A stretch of DNA of 64,000 nt from Trichoplax adhaerens (Eukaryota; Animalia; Placozoa): positions 5,009,397-5,073,396 of the forward strand of contig NW_002060945.1 of the NCBI RefSeq assembly GCF_000150275.1, given 5' to 3'. This document shows positions 1 through 14,465 of this stretch, one piece after another. The number at the start of each line of letters is the position of its first letter. The stretch's first letter is position 1. Under the pieces are notes generated by a model. The model was not told the DNA's origin. It saw only the letters and a list, made by a program, of their open reading frames with translations, and did not search any database. The position numbers and the translations under genes are program-made.

Positions 1-164
1 CTAGTATACGTTGTAATAAGTAACTAATCACAAAAAGATTGTCATTTCTTTTAAGGACTCGGCTATTTTAATTTAAATGTACAGTACACCGTTAGTGAAA
101 CGTGATCTATTGCTGCATCGTATTCTATTTATATCAATTTGCTTTAATTCCGGTACTTATCCAG

Positions 165-3100
165 TTCCGCCCGCACAAGTATTTCCAGAAGTAGCTTTGT
201 CTATGAAGACCATGGTAAAATACAAGTAGATATTAAACCCTCAAATAGCTTTGCTCGAGCTAGGTAAGCAGTTTTGAGTGCGTATAATCTTATTGTTACT
301 TCCTAGTGAGGTTATAATCTTATAATTTTCCTGTAAAATTTCGAAAAATCAGTGTTAAAACCTTTTAGTTCGACAAATGACGTATATTATTTTATCGAAC
401 TAAATTTGATATTTTCAAAAATGAACAATGTTTCAGATTTCGTCACGCTGCTATCCGTTCATTGATGGGAGGTAAAAGGCATCGAAGGTCCAAATCAGTT
501 ACTGATAAGATGGTAGAGTTAGAGTCTGGATTATTCAATTCATCTGAACCTAAAATGGCCCATTTTGTTAATATAATTACGCATCGTTTAAACGAACAAT
601 CTAACGCTTCTAGCAGTAAGTTGGGGTATCAGTAATGTTCTTTTACTATCCTGGTATACAAGATTATTCGGGGATAATAATTGTAAAACTGTACATTAGA
701 TTCATATTTAAAATTGTATTAAATCAAAAAGCACATGCATCTTGAAAAACATTAATCAAAAAGTTACATTAGTTAATAAATGTTAGTAAAGCTTACTTTG
801 TACTTTGCTGTTTTATTGGCGCATAAGTAAAAGACCTGTATTATCATTAGTTTTTCTTGACACTACTCCTTATTTTCAATTAGGGAGATCAAATTTATAC
901 GCTAATTCGCTTTTATGCTGGGCTTATCTTTGTAATTTATTAAGTTCCATTCACTAATACAATAAGGAAGACTATGATACTATTAATATACGATCGCATT
1001 ACTTTTAACGCTTATAATAATGTCGTTGATTACATTTATTTAATCGCTTATATCATTTAGTTAATGCAAACGGTGTTTATCTTGATTTCTCATGAACGCA
1101 AATATAATCATCCAATTTAACACACTTGGGCATAAATCTCTAGTATTGATTCGACAATGAACTGCAAATAATTCATTCATTAATGTTTTAATATCAAAAT
1201 TTTTTATATCTAATGCAAATAGGGAATATAGCAGCTACATTTGTATTCGAAATTGCGGCATATTCAGTCCGAGAAGATAGCGGTTCCATTGATTTAATTG
1301 TTTTGCTAAATCGTCACAGGTACTATCTGGCATAATTTTATGAAACATCGTGTCAATTAAGAAACTTTGTATTAAATCAGTCATAAATACGCTTATTAAT
1401 AAAATTATGTTCATATTCCTCTGACTTCCAATTTTTTCTAAAATAGGGCCTTAATTAAAAAATCCCAAGAAAACAAGAATAATAAGACCGTTACATTTGG
1501 CTTAGGCAAATCGGTAATGGAATCTAGTATTGTGTTGTTAGTGGTACTAAAGCAAAATCATTCATAGTGGGACTTCATATTTGATACTGTGATCAAAAAA
1601 TTTTGCAGTAACGTAAATTAAAGTGAAATCGATTCATAAAATTTTTATGCTCTAGACGTCTGAAACCATCATTAAAAGTCTTAGCAGCAGCTTCAAGACC
1701 GATAAATCGATAAAGTCATGTGATCCTATAACTGAAGAAAGTATCCAAGATTTAGAATCGTCAAGGTATAGCGATGAGGAAGGAGATGATGCCACTCAGA
1801 ATAACTTTTCTGTAGATTTTGAGACTCGGGATGGTGGTGCTAAGCAAGGTGTTAATTTCAAATATTCCGCTGGCAGGCTGGTACGAATTCATTTATTTAA
1901 TCTAGTTGTATTTTATTATATCAAATAACAGTCGAATACAGAAAGGGAAGAAGATAAAAAGGAAATTAACAATCTTATATGAATTCTAGATTGTGGAATG
2001 TAAAATTTTATACTGTACTAATCAGCCAGAATGAAATACTATCTCTATACAAAATTTCAGATGGAGTTTGTCCGATCGTATCGTCAATAAATGTATGTGC
2101 AACTTATCTGAAAGTCTTAGTAAAGCGATCTATATTTTTTATTCTAGAATTTCACAAAATCAGAGTATCAAAAGACTATTACGGTTGATATCCTCAATGA
2201 TGGTCAATATCATCCTAATCTTAGCTTCTACGTCATATTGAAAAATCCATCAGAGTATAGCAAATTGGCAGATCCTAGCGTTGCTCTGGTGACCATAATT
2301 GACACTAATGGTAAGCTTGCTATTATTTCTTATATTTTTAATCCTTATTTCATCTGATGTACTAGTTTAAATTAACCCTTCAAGCTACTAAAATTTTAAT
2401 ACAATAACAGTGTAGAGGTTAGTTTCACGATTAAAATTGTTATCACGACTTATCTTTATTTAAATAGTATCAAATGAGAAACAATTTTGCTGTAGCGATA
2501 ATACAATAGATTGCTGATACGAAGAATAAAGGGTTGATAATCTCATCTAGTCGTTAAGCTACTATATAACGTACCATATATTGAGATGAATAAATATTTT
2601 ATAATACCACTGTTAATTAAATCGTGAATACTATATTGATGTAATACAATAGTATTGATGACAGTTAGCAATGTTTCCATAGTAAAGAAAAGCAATAGAA
2701 GAATCTATCATTTAACAATGTCGGCTGCCTTTGTTATCCGTTTTAGTGCCAGGAGAATTTCAATTTGAAAAAGCAAAATATCATGTTGATAAAGATTCAA
2801 ATCAGATATCATTGAAAGTGCTCAGAAAGAAAGGAGTAGATGGCACTGTTCATTTAGAATTTGCTACTATGTAAGTATGAAGAGAGAGCAACTACAGATT
2901 TATCTAATAATATTCTCGAGAGTATTATCACCATCACCGTTCCAGCTAAATTTATGCATAGTTACTAAGCTGTACATTACATGCGATTTTGAAGAATAAT
3001 TTCTTTGATAGCCGAAATTGCATTGGCATTTATTTTGTACTAACCCTTGCATGAATGTTAATAGTATTAAATCACTCATTATTTTGATTTATTCAGAGAT

Positions 3101-6055
3101 GGAACTGCCCATGGCGGAATTATTCCCGAAGTAGAAGAAAATCATAAAGATTATGAATCAAAAACAGATATGCTAATTTTTGCTAACGGCGAAACTGAGA
3201 AGGAAATAGTAATTAATGTCGCTAGCCATGTCAAGGTAAAACAGTTGTATAAATATCGACTTTTTTTCATGTTAGCACACCAAATATATCATTTGTTCTA
3301 ATAGTGCTTTAGAGTATTGATTATAACTTTAATTTTACATACTCTTTGTGGTTGTATTAGTGTAAAAAGACTACCGTATTTGCAATTATCTGCTATTAAA
3401 TTAAGAGACATTCATAAAATGCCTTCACTGTCATATAAACTACTTTAAGCTATTTTTTAGTATACATTCATGCTATATTAATCCATTGATTCAAGAGTAA
3501 TTAGATAAAATCAAGTTATTTTAGTTTTGAATTGATGATATTTAATACTTTCTAGTTGGATAAGAATTTCTTAGTTGCTTTACGCAATGCAAGCATGGGA
3601 GCAAGAATTGGTGAAATAGGAGCAACTATTGTTAGCTTTGATATTGAAAGAGGTAAGCATTGTATTCCATATATGAAATATCTATGCATGCATTATGTAT
3701 TTCTTTATTGGTAATTCTCTGCCATAAATATTTAAATATAGCATGAGATCTTTATTACGGTGCTAGTTTACATAATGTAATAATAGATATGCAAATTATT
3801 TCATGTATTTTGTTTTAGGAGAATCAATGAGAGGGTAGATTACACTACAACTTTGAATACCATGTTATATTTATTTATTTGTAACAATTTAAATCTTAAG
3901 CTATACGTACGATTATGAAATACAATAATTAATTTCCAGAAATTTAATTAAATTGTGGATAATCTAACTTTAAGATTGTTAATACGTAACATAATTTATA
4001 TTGGTTAAAATTACAGATGCATTAGGTGATCGTGTTGCAGAATTTGCCGCTTTAAATGGAGTGGAGGGAGAAGATGTTAGTTGGGCTGAACAATTCACAA
4101 AGTAATAATTACTAAAAATATTCATTTAAAAACAGCTTTAACTTACTTGCAAAATTCAAGTAGATGATAGTTGCTGGATATGAATAGCTTATTGAGATTC
4201 ATGTTTAAATTAATAACACTTGTCATGGAAAGTATGTACAGTATTTACCACCAATAGCTAAACGAACACGTTTATCGTAACTTTAACGCAGTGATTGAAG
4301 AAATATATTACTTACAGGCGAACTAAAATGACATATTCATGTGATATTTGCAATTTTTATATCAATCAGTTTTACTTAATATTTACTGTAAACTTTGATT
4401 CCTACAAAATGGACACTGCACAGTGCATTAACTGTTGGGAGCGATATTGATGAATTTGGAGAAGAATCACCTCCCAGTAATCTTGACTATATTCTGCATT
4501 TTATTGCCTTTTTATGGAAAATAATAGCAGCTACTATTCCACCGAGGTAAAGAGCTTCTGATCGACTACTACTTTGAAATTTGGTTATGTTAATATTCTT
4601 TTATATTGTAATCTTTAATGTCATAAACACTTTTAATTAATTTGTAGGACGGTGTTAGGGGGTTGGCCAGCCTTTGTTTTATCATTAGTTTATATTGGTT
4701 TCTTGACAGCTATTATAGAACAGGTATAGTAGTATTTATTCCTAATGTAATGCTAAATATGTTGCGTACATGAAGTAATTAGAACGATTATCAAATTTTA
4801 AGTAAAGTATCTCATCATGATTATTCCTTGTTTCAGTTTGGTAACTTGTTAGGATGCGTTATATTACTAAAGCCCAGTGTAACAGGAATTACAATAGTAG
4901 CCCTAGGAACAAGTTTACCTGATACATTTGCTAGCAGAAATGCGGCAGTTCATGACCACAGTGCAGATGCTTCAATTGGAAATGTTACAGGTACCGTTAT
5001 GTACATAATTACTTAGACTTATTATTGATTCATAGCAGTATCCACTATAATTTAGATCTGTTATCTACAAATTTGATATGTTAAACATTGAAATTATAAA
5101 TCATAAAATCTAGAATTATTTCGATATTACAACAAATAATCACACATTATCAAAATTTGATAAAAGCTTTTTATACGTTTGAAATTTTACGTCTAATATT
5201 AATATCTATGTGGCCTTTAAAGCTGTAATGATATCACTAACGAGCAATATTTAATAAGTAATTCAAGCTCGATGTTGTTAAGGACCTCTGTCATGATACT
5301 GTAAGCTTTACATTCACATCAGGCGTCTGTGCAGGCAGCCATAGTTTGAGTAGGATAATAGTAATGGCAACGAAAGGATACAGTCATGATATTTTGTTAA
5401 TCGAAATCGGTATAATTAACTGTTACTACAATTTTTAAATACTTCTATGTTGTATTGTAGCTTTTGATTAAACTAAAATGCAAAATTAACGCAGATAATT
5501 TCTTAACGATACAGAGAATTTTATACTTTAAAAAGTAAATTTTCTCAAACTGAATTAGGAATACCATTTGACAATAGAATGGTTCAAGTTAATGTCTTCC
5601 AGAAATAAAATTTCTATCTCAATTATTCTTTAGGGAGTAATAGTGTTAATGTTTTTCTTGGATTGGGATTGCCTTGGGTTTTGGTTACCACTTACCGTCA
5701 GATAATGTTCTCAAATTCAGACTACGCGATTAGTCCAGGGGATATGCAATTTTCTGTTATTCTATTCACTGTAGTAGCTGGAGCTGGAGTGGCTATTTTG
5801 TTGTTCCGACGCTTTGTAAGTTACCAATTCTATCCAAGGATCTACGTGTGTTAATCTTGAGATTCTATACATATCCGAAATATTTTTTATCTAAATTATA
5901 ATTATCAATTATATTATCGATAAAAGGTCCTTGGTGGTGAACTTGGAGGAGATATCAAATGGCAATATATTACAGCAGCTACATTAGTTTTACTTTGGGC
6001 CGTCTATATTACACTAGCCAGCTTACGAGCATATGATGTTATAAGATTTCAGTGA
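165..6055 (+). CDS. Na+/Ca2+ exchanger (SLC8/NCX family), 5'-truncated by the window edge, multi-exon
   Basis: Phase-compatible GT-AG exons at approx. 165-263, 437-615, 1223-1319, 1447-1513, 1656-1880, 2148-2310, 2747-2870, 3097-3235, 3556-3652, 4017-4101, 4424-4546, 4649-4723, 4837-4991, 5634-5815, 5927-6055. The translation gives [16 protein letters not shown], two Calx-beta domains ([11 protein letters not shown]; [10 protein letters not shown]), SWAEQF, the alpha-2 repeat [12 protein letters not shown]...[21 protein letters not shown] and the C-terminal GGELGG motif, with TGA at 6053-6055. Confidence 0.95.
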
Positions 6056-6969
6056 ATGGAAAGGTCAAGATAAGAATTAATCAATATTAGTCATAACTAT
6101 CATTACGACTATTGCACTCATCGAGTGTAAATCGCTGTGACTAGACCTTTAAATCATAAAGAAGATAAATATTAAGCTTCTATTTGATTACAATACCCTA
6201 ACTTTCGTATATGACAGACTTACAAGGAGCACTTTTAATCAATAAGCAAAAGATGAAATCTTCTTATAGAATGAAATGACACTTTTAGCTATCCTATTGC
6301 TCATAATTGGCAGTACTTCTTTGCTACTATGGTATCGTACTGACCGCATCGATTTAATGTTGGCTCATATAAAAAGATTGTAATTGGTTAGATGGAGAAC
6401 ATTTTTCCTCGCAGCTACGGTGTTAATTGTCAATAAGCATATACATACTATTGATATTTCATCATTTCTTGTAATATAGATAAGTAGATATGCTTGAATA
6501 TCAATGATATTTATTCTTTTCATTACCATTGCAATATGTTACACTTTTCTTACTCTTTATTTAAATACTACTAAATTATAGATTTTAATTCATTAATTTC
6601 CTTTTAATCAGACAATCTATAATGTATTAATACTGTTTTTGTAAACTTCGTATTAATTGATGTGTCAATTATAAGTGAGTTTAATTTTGATAATTATTAT
6701 TAAAACTTGATTTCTATTGTCCTTATGAGCACTTATGCGGTACGATGTAACTTCAAATCATTCGATGTGTATTGATGACACATCCTCATTAAAAATGCGA
6801 AATCAGGTTGAATTTATGTTATTTTCATATTTATATACTTACATGAAATTTTTTATTATCATATTTGATGTAATGCAAATACAGGCGAAGTAATTTGTAG
6901 AAAATAATATTGTTATTTTACGATTAACAATTTAATGGTCGCTGCTCATAACAATTTAATCTCAAGCGC

Positions 6970-7096
6970 TATGATTAACATTGTATAAGTATTTTACCCA
7001 ATTATATGTTCACATTGTAAATTATAGATATGATTAACATTGTATACATATTTTTACCCAATTATATGTTCACATTGTAAATTATAGATATGATTA
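6970..7096. repeat. ~60 bp tandem duplication (2 copies plus a partial third)
   Basis: tatgattaacattgtata..attttacccaattatatgttcacattgtaaattataga occurs twice back to back with few differences. Confidence 0.9.
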
Positions 7097-8623
7097 CTGT
7101 GTACAAGATATTCCGACATTTTTCATACCCGATTAGGTCATTCATCTTAGCATTAAGTTAAAATCTCTAGCGGTTTTAATTCAACTTGAGTGATAGATGA
7201 TTATTTTGTTCAATTGTGTATAATATTGTCTTGATACTGTTATCTACATTTAAAATGATATTCCTATAGTGCTCATTTGCATGCATTTATATGGTATTCC
7301 ACGATAACAGATTGTTATGATCTATATACCTTATGATAATTTGATAACAAAGATATTTTACTAGATCGTGTTGCTTGTTAGAAACATTCGCTACAATCAT
7401 ATCCGTTTTTAATTATTTCTTTTATTTGTCATAAGATTTATATAATTATTGAAGCATAGCTTCTGATATTCGTAATATTGTTTTCAATATAGCAATGACT
7501 TATAACGCGTTTGATCAGCTTTCTAGTAAATTATTGGATGATTCAACTTTTTAGTGTTTTGTCCGTTTGCTAGTCATTGGTTAAACAAAAATAAACGTAG
7601 ATCCTTTTATTTATAACAGCCGATCATATATGCGTACATAGACAATTTTTGCAGTCCGAATCACTTCGATCAAAAATTGAAAAATCAGATATACAATACA
7701 TCGAAGTTATCTTTACATTATGCAATATAGTATTACCAGATTGCAATCTCAGATTGTAATAGATAACAGGCCTTGCAAGGCTTTATTAGCATACAAAATT
7801 GCTTTATGGTACGTTAGTTCGAGGGACAATGTCGACTTGAAAGGACCTTGTTACTACCGAATTCAAAATGGCAGCATGAAGTTTCATTTATTTCGTAAAA
7901 GAATAAAAATTAAAAATTATGCAATAAATTGTTATCTTCCATATTTATGCACGACACGTGGATCTATATTTCTCATTTTATTTCAGCGATATATTTAAAG
8001 CTGGACGTTTATAACTATTGTATGTTTCTAATTGATCAATGAATTAAATCTTTGGTGCAATTACAAACGACAAATAATATACTGTAAGTACTATAATAAT
8101 ATTTATATTATTAAAACAAGAGAACAATATGCAATTCCCGGTTATATGCTCAACACAGGAAGTAGCCTCAACTCTTCTTTACAGCTAGTAGTTAGTATTT
8201 TCCTTAATCCACGCAATACAGCAAATGTAATCATTACAACACTTTCATACGTATAATTAAAGATCAGATTTTGAATTTTAGTTAAATCAAATTATTTAAC
8301 ACATTTTAATACATTTACTTCTTAGCAAATTCTGCCTCATTAATGTTGATAAAGGCCAAGTTAAGGAAGGTTTTTAGAGTACAATTGTACATGCAATAGT
8401 AATTAATCACTATCTCTATATCAGTAATAAAAGTATAATACATCATTTTAATCAAAAATAATACGAAACGCTTTCTTTGGAACAAAAAATTATCTATCTT
8501 TCATATTTGTTGTTCGTCGATTTAGTACATGTCAAATACCCTTAGAATAGAAATCAATTTCAATTATGATAATTTGTTACATCAACATAAATATTAGAAA
8601 GGCTAAGAAAACTTATGACCGTT

Positions 8624-10974
8624 TTATTTATATACTAATTTTTCAAGATTGCAAAGAGTTTTTTGACTCAAATCTTCAAGTTTAAATTGAAATTTTTGAA
8701 CTTCTTTACATATTTCGTAATTTCCGCTTGCGTAAACTATATCAGCAACGCCATTAATTAGTTCGTCATCTTTTAATGAAATGATTATTTGATGTAGTTT
8801 AGCAAGTCTTGCATGATCATGGGGATTCTTGAAATATCTATCAACGGATGACGAACTCGATGACGATTTCTGGCTATTTAAGGGTGACGAAGAAGTAGAT
8901 TGACTGAAGTAATCGTGAACATCAATTCTTTTATCGTCATTATTGAAATTAATTGTATCTGTATTAACCGGTAATCGATCGTTTGCAGCGTTTAAGAATT
9001 TTGTATTATTAGTCTTAATTTCTGACTCACTTTCGCTGTCATAAATACTGGACAAGAAGCTATTTTTAGCAGAATGTCCATCGAGTTTGTCTTTTTTAAA
9101 TTTCTTCTTTTTGGGCATTGTACCATTCGATTTTTTATCAAAACTTACATCCTTTCTCATTTTTGAAAGCTTCACTGAGTTCTTAACAAAATTATCTTCC
9201 AATTCTGAATCGCTAGAATAATCTTTGGATTGTGTGATTAAAGAACCTAGCGCAATATTAAATGACGCGGTCGATTTCCGATTAGAGCTACTTGCTAACT
9301 TTGCAGCAAGTTTAATTTCTTTAGAGGTTTTGCCGTTTTTTAATCTTGTGTTCAAGGACGAGGAATTTTCATATTTTGATCGGTGTTCTATACTCATATG
9401 TTCAAGTAATCGCGTCAGCAATCAAAAAGCGATTATTTTTTAAGCCAATAGACTATCTTACCTGATAAGTTGTCACTTTCAATCTTAGGATGATCTGCCA
9501 TCTTCAATTTTTTCTTCTTGTGTGCATGTTTCTGATCTGAGGTACACTCTAGCGATGAAGGTTTTACTTCTGGTGTCTCATGTCTAACATGGTTTGGTCG
9601 TTTATTCTGACCTTCGTTTATTAATTTAGGTTTAACGTTATTTTTCATACCATTTTTGGATATCTTCTCTCCTAAATTGAAATATTAAATGGTTAATATG
9701 CAATAACATTATAATGCATTACTTATAATTCTTCAATTTTTTATGTGGCTGAGCGTTTAAGCCATACAGTAGGTGTTGCATATACATAAATTATATGGAA
9801 TGATGGTCAGGCTTGGCTAATTACACCTTCATTATTAAGGTACCTCCGGGTTGGTAAATGGACGTTTTGGTTTCTACATTTTGGATTGAAGCTCCAGCTT
9901 TTAACAGCTTATTTAAAAAATTTTATTCGGTTGATTGAAAAGAATTCTCTTTACAATATGATTTTCGATGATTTCATTATTTTCGGGGTATGTTAAATCG
10001 TATTGAATCTTGTATTCTTGATGTTCGACATCATCACATTTAAAGTAGATATTAATTGTCATATCAAACCCGCCGTATCCAGATTCCATAACCTTGTATG
10101 GAGGTTTCTTAACGACTATAAATATGAAAGAGCATCGGAAGATAATAAATTTAGCTATGATTTATTGATTGAAAGAAATCAATTACGAGAAAGTCCCGTC
10201 TAGTAATTTGATCTACGAGTCGTATTACTCGACGAACTATATTACTCTAACGGTCAATTACTTTTCATTAGTTTGATTACTGTCGAATAAAACTTTTGAA
10301 AGTTGATGATTAATAGCTATAGCTAAGCCTAACACCTGCGAAAGCTCATGCTCTTATAAATAAGTTACATTGTCACAAAATAGGAACTAACCCCTGTGAG
10401 GTTTCGCGTAGTCTTCATGGATATTAAAGATGACTTTCTTGATAATTTCATCCAGTTTTACTTTATTAAGACCACAAACATAAACTTCCCAATCATGGCT
10501 ATATCCTTCAGGTGTCAGCTCTTTCCTTTTTACAGTTTTATGACCAAATTTAATCATAATATAAGCGGACTGCACATCGTAATAAAGTTTAAATCGAGTT
10601 AGTACACTTATTTTTATAGACCTTTTAGCTTTTATATTACGAAGCCTAACATATCAAGTAGAGATTAAAAAAACAAATTTGTCCTAAATTAACCAACTGC
10701 TAGCAAATCAATAAAAAGTGCGAAAGGAATAACATGCCATCACACATCCCATAATAAATGAGTAAATACTTTATTAAAGAAAGTCTGTTCTCCTCTCATC
10801 AATCATCTAAATAGACAGCCTGTGTTGACTTAGTAATTGATATCAGGGACTACAGAAATGGAATGTTCATGTCCATGTTAATGTGCCTTACACTACTGTG
10901 CAGTAGATGCTGGATACCTGTACATAAGCCAAACCGTTGATTCCGGAATTTTTACAATGGGGAATTGGCTTCAT
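8624..10974 (-). CDS. ENL/AF9 (MLLT1/MLLT3)-like YEATS-domain protein; 1-nt frameshift in exon 3 as assembled
   Basis: Exons approx. 10974-10918 (putative, MKPIPH...AYVQ), 10569-10392, 10115-9844, 9671-9462, 9387-8624. YEATS motifs [43 protein letters not shown] and KLLKAG are present, followed by a K/S-rich linker and a C-terminal AHD-like region (LAKLHQIIISLKD...FQFKLEDLSQKTLCNL). Confidence 0.88.
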
Positions 10975-11256
10975 CGTGTAGTAGATTTCAAATTTATTGA
11001 CCGGAGATTTGTGAAAAATTTCGCTTGTGCAATATGTGCTATATATATTCATATAATGTATAATATGTACGCTTAACTAAGGGTCCTTTAAAAGTAGCTA
11101 CTTACTTTGAATCTCGGATTTTAAACTGTTCTAGATCTGTAGTTCGCATTTAATAAATACGATACTAACAGGGACAACTAGAAAATGAATACGGACCAAT
11201 AGGACCGCATCGCTGTCTTGCATGAGGAATTGCATCTCACGCTAACGCCTGCTAAT

Positions 11257-11330
11257 GTACAGTACTGTACTGTACCAAGGAATTACAGTACAGTATAATA
11301 GTCCTGCACTGCAGGTACTGTACAGTATAG
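11257..11330. promoter_or_regulatory. (GTAC-W)n array upstream of the YEATS gene
   Basis: gtacagtactgtactgtac...tacagtacagta...gtactgtacagta, ~300 bp upstream of the putative ATG. The regulatory role is inferred from position only. Confidence 0.5.
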
Positions 11331-14039
11331 AACAGCCGAGTGCTGCTCGATTAAATTACAGAGAGATTTTTGACGCGAACACTGTCAAAAAATTTTAATT
11401 AATTTAATTTTATTTTATTTTACAGTACATTACTACAGTTATAATATAATATAATTGCCAAATTCTGACCCTGGTCCCTGGATACAGCACAAGCGTTATC
11501 ACGAAAGTGTTCAATCATTATTAAAGCTAGATGTCCAATTGATAGGAAGCAGGTACAGTATGATACAACGGCTAAGCATACGCGTACTGTCATTATGTGC
11601 TAGTACTTCGTAATATTTGACACTTAATTATATCACTCGTAGAATCAATTCTAGTTTCAAATCATCATATACGAGGACTAAACTATACGTATTTAAAGCC
11701 TGCACGATTAATTTTATCTTATAGTTTATATCCAGCATATAATCATAAAATTATGTGTCCCAGAATAGTTTATTAATTCCTGCCAATATGTTCTTATATA
11801 CCGTAATAACTTGATGAATGCACTAAGCACAGTGCGCGTTTATCGGTCGTTGCAACGAGTCACTTCTAGGTGGCTCTAGATATACGTATACTCCAATAAG
11901 GTCAATTTAATTTGAATTTAGGTACTAATTGTCGCATAACTGAGATCTCTTACTATCATTATGAATTTTACCGATATCAATACTCTACGACAATGCCTCA
12001 CGCAGCAAAAGAACATTGAGTCCTGCTGTGTTTTATAGTTTGTGTACTGTATACTCAATCTACTATTAAGCTAAATATCGACATTGTCTGTTGAACCTTG
12101 AATACGAAAAATTTTAAATGGATCCAGTAAATTGTATAACTTGCAGGGCAGTATTTTCATCATAGCCTTTCAATATCCATAATACTTAGCACAAACTAAG
12201 TCATAATGTCATTTACGGCGCTGTAGTACTCTACTGCAGTTCGTAGACATTTTTCGAACTTTGAAGCTGCAGCCAATGTGTACCGTGGTACGACTAAAAT
12301 TAATGCGTAAACTATTTACTGTACTGTACAGTACAGTACAGTGTAAGTTTGATGCTTTGATAGTACAATATAAAAACTAACTAAAAACTACAGGTTTTTC
12401 AAATTCTTTACATTTTTCTATCGTAAGCAATTGAAACAGACTTTATTGCAAATGAGCTAGCAATATGAGAGTTAGTACTTATCTTCGTTACAGAACTCCG
12501 TACAATGATATTTGCATAGTTTGTAAAACAGTACTGTATGTACATTGTACAGTGTACAGTAGAGACCCTCTAGTGTACAGGACAGTGGTTGCAAACTTGC
12601 AATGCAGTATTTCCAGAACTTCGACTGTCAATCATGATACTACAAGTTGACGATCAATATCGAGACATTACATCATTAATAGTAGTACTAAGCGGTACCT
12701 CTAACGACTCGATGGCAGCAATGAATCTTACTGTTAAAAACAGTGCAAGAGTAAAATTAATGTCTTTTGGTTTTACCGTAGTTGTTGATTGAAATGAATA
12801 CTGTATACAGTACAGCACCTTAAAATTATGTTAGAGAATAAGCAATTAGTTGTACCGTAGTGAAATCGTGATCTACAGTATTAGATAAGATTTAGTTTGC
12901 GCTAGTGTAAAAACCGCTATTCGTTGCACTGTACTTCACAATTCACACAGCAAAATATGTTTAAAGGAATATTTTGAATAAACAATATGCAAATGTATAT
13001 TGAGTAGGAGCAAGTAAGCCGACAGCCATAACAAATGATATATTCACAGTCAGTACAGTACAGTACAGACTTGTTAGTTTACAAGCTATCGGATTGCACT
13101 GCTACGTAGCTATATGCAAATACACCTTAGATATTCTGTTATATAAATTGAATCATGGTTATGCATATCAAGTAATCACATTGTTTTGCTACACTATTCT
13201 CTGTCCTAATACTGCAGATATTCACGTACTGTATTATGCTCAGGATAAGTAATCATTTTATAGTTCAAATTAGGTTACATTAAAATTTCAGAGTTTATAG
13301 TTCTGAAAGAGCAGTATTATGGTAGGGTACTGTATACAGTACAGTATTGTAGGAGTAATGTAGGAAAAGTCGTCGTACCCGAACGTAAACTCAGATCAGA
13401 GGAAAATCGAGGACAGCCTTTTAACTATCTAGTTTCGAGAATGCATGTTATTATACTGTCTACAGGTCAATAAAATAACTCAATAGGTGATTAATTAGCT
13501 GAAGAAGAGCATCAATTTTTCATATTATCTGTTCGTAGAACACAAGCCGAACTAAGATGGTACTCGATGGCATATTGAATATGTTATTTTATGAAACATT
13601 ATACAGTACTTGTATATAAAAATATGCATGAAGTTGAGTAGAAACCGCTGCCATGTTCGTAAATGTTGATCACAGCAATGATTTTAATTAATGACTTTAC
13701 AGCATACGTGAAACAGAGCGAACGCATTCTGGTACTGTGGTACAGGGTGTACAATTCAAGTTACTACTTAGGGGTTACAGTATTATGGGAACTTGAAAGG
13801 ATCGCATGTTTAGTAGCAAATTGCTGTACTCTAGCGTTAAAAAATTATCTGCGTTGCTAAAATGATATACTGTACTATATTATAATAAAAATATTTTAAT
13901 AACAACCTCAGGTACCATTTCCTTGACGATATTAGGATAATTCTGGCCCGCTGCTTCGTTTAGTGACTTAGACTTGAAGGAAGGTATAACCTTCAATGCC
14001 TTCAATAACCTTGAATAACTACTATTGGAGAAGTTACGA

Positions 14040-14465
14040 TCTACTGTGTACAGTACATACAGTACTGTACAGTATACAGTATTAGGCATTTAAGCAACAC
14101 GAATGGAATACAGTACTGTACTGTACAGTACTGTACAGTACAAATTACAGGTTCTCGAAAAAAAGTACGGTAGAGACTTTATGCAGTGACTACAGTACAG
14201 TACAGTGTTGTACAGTACAGTACTGTATAGTGGAAACCAAGATGCTCACTGTTCACAACAGCATGTACAGTACAGTACATTGTACAGTACTAATCATAAG
14301 AGGTGACAGATTACAGTACTGAGATATTGACAGTGAAAAGAAACGCTTTCTTTCGCGTCAGTTCGCTGATTAGGGACTTTTTCTTAGAAGTCACTAGTAG
14401 TGTACACTGTACTGTACTGTACTATACAGTACTGCTTAATTAATTAAGCACATACAGTACAGTAT
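14040..14465. promoter_or_regulatory. (GTAC-W)n array upstream of INTS14
   Basis: Dense TACAG/CTGTA runs ending at a candidate 5'UTR donor (gtgagt, 14468) whose acceptor (catag, 14650) lies 25 nt before the ATG. Confidence 0.6.

Noticed and set aside
3819-3834. Possible NCX micro-exon after ttttag
   Set aside because: AG-to-GT length is 16 nt, which would break the frame; the flanking exons already join in phase.
9388-9461. Apparent second frameshift between ORFs 9433-9648 and 8624-9421
   Set aside because: Explained by a canonical phase-1 intron (gtaag...gctgac...tatag).
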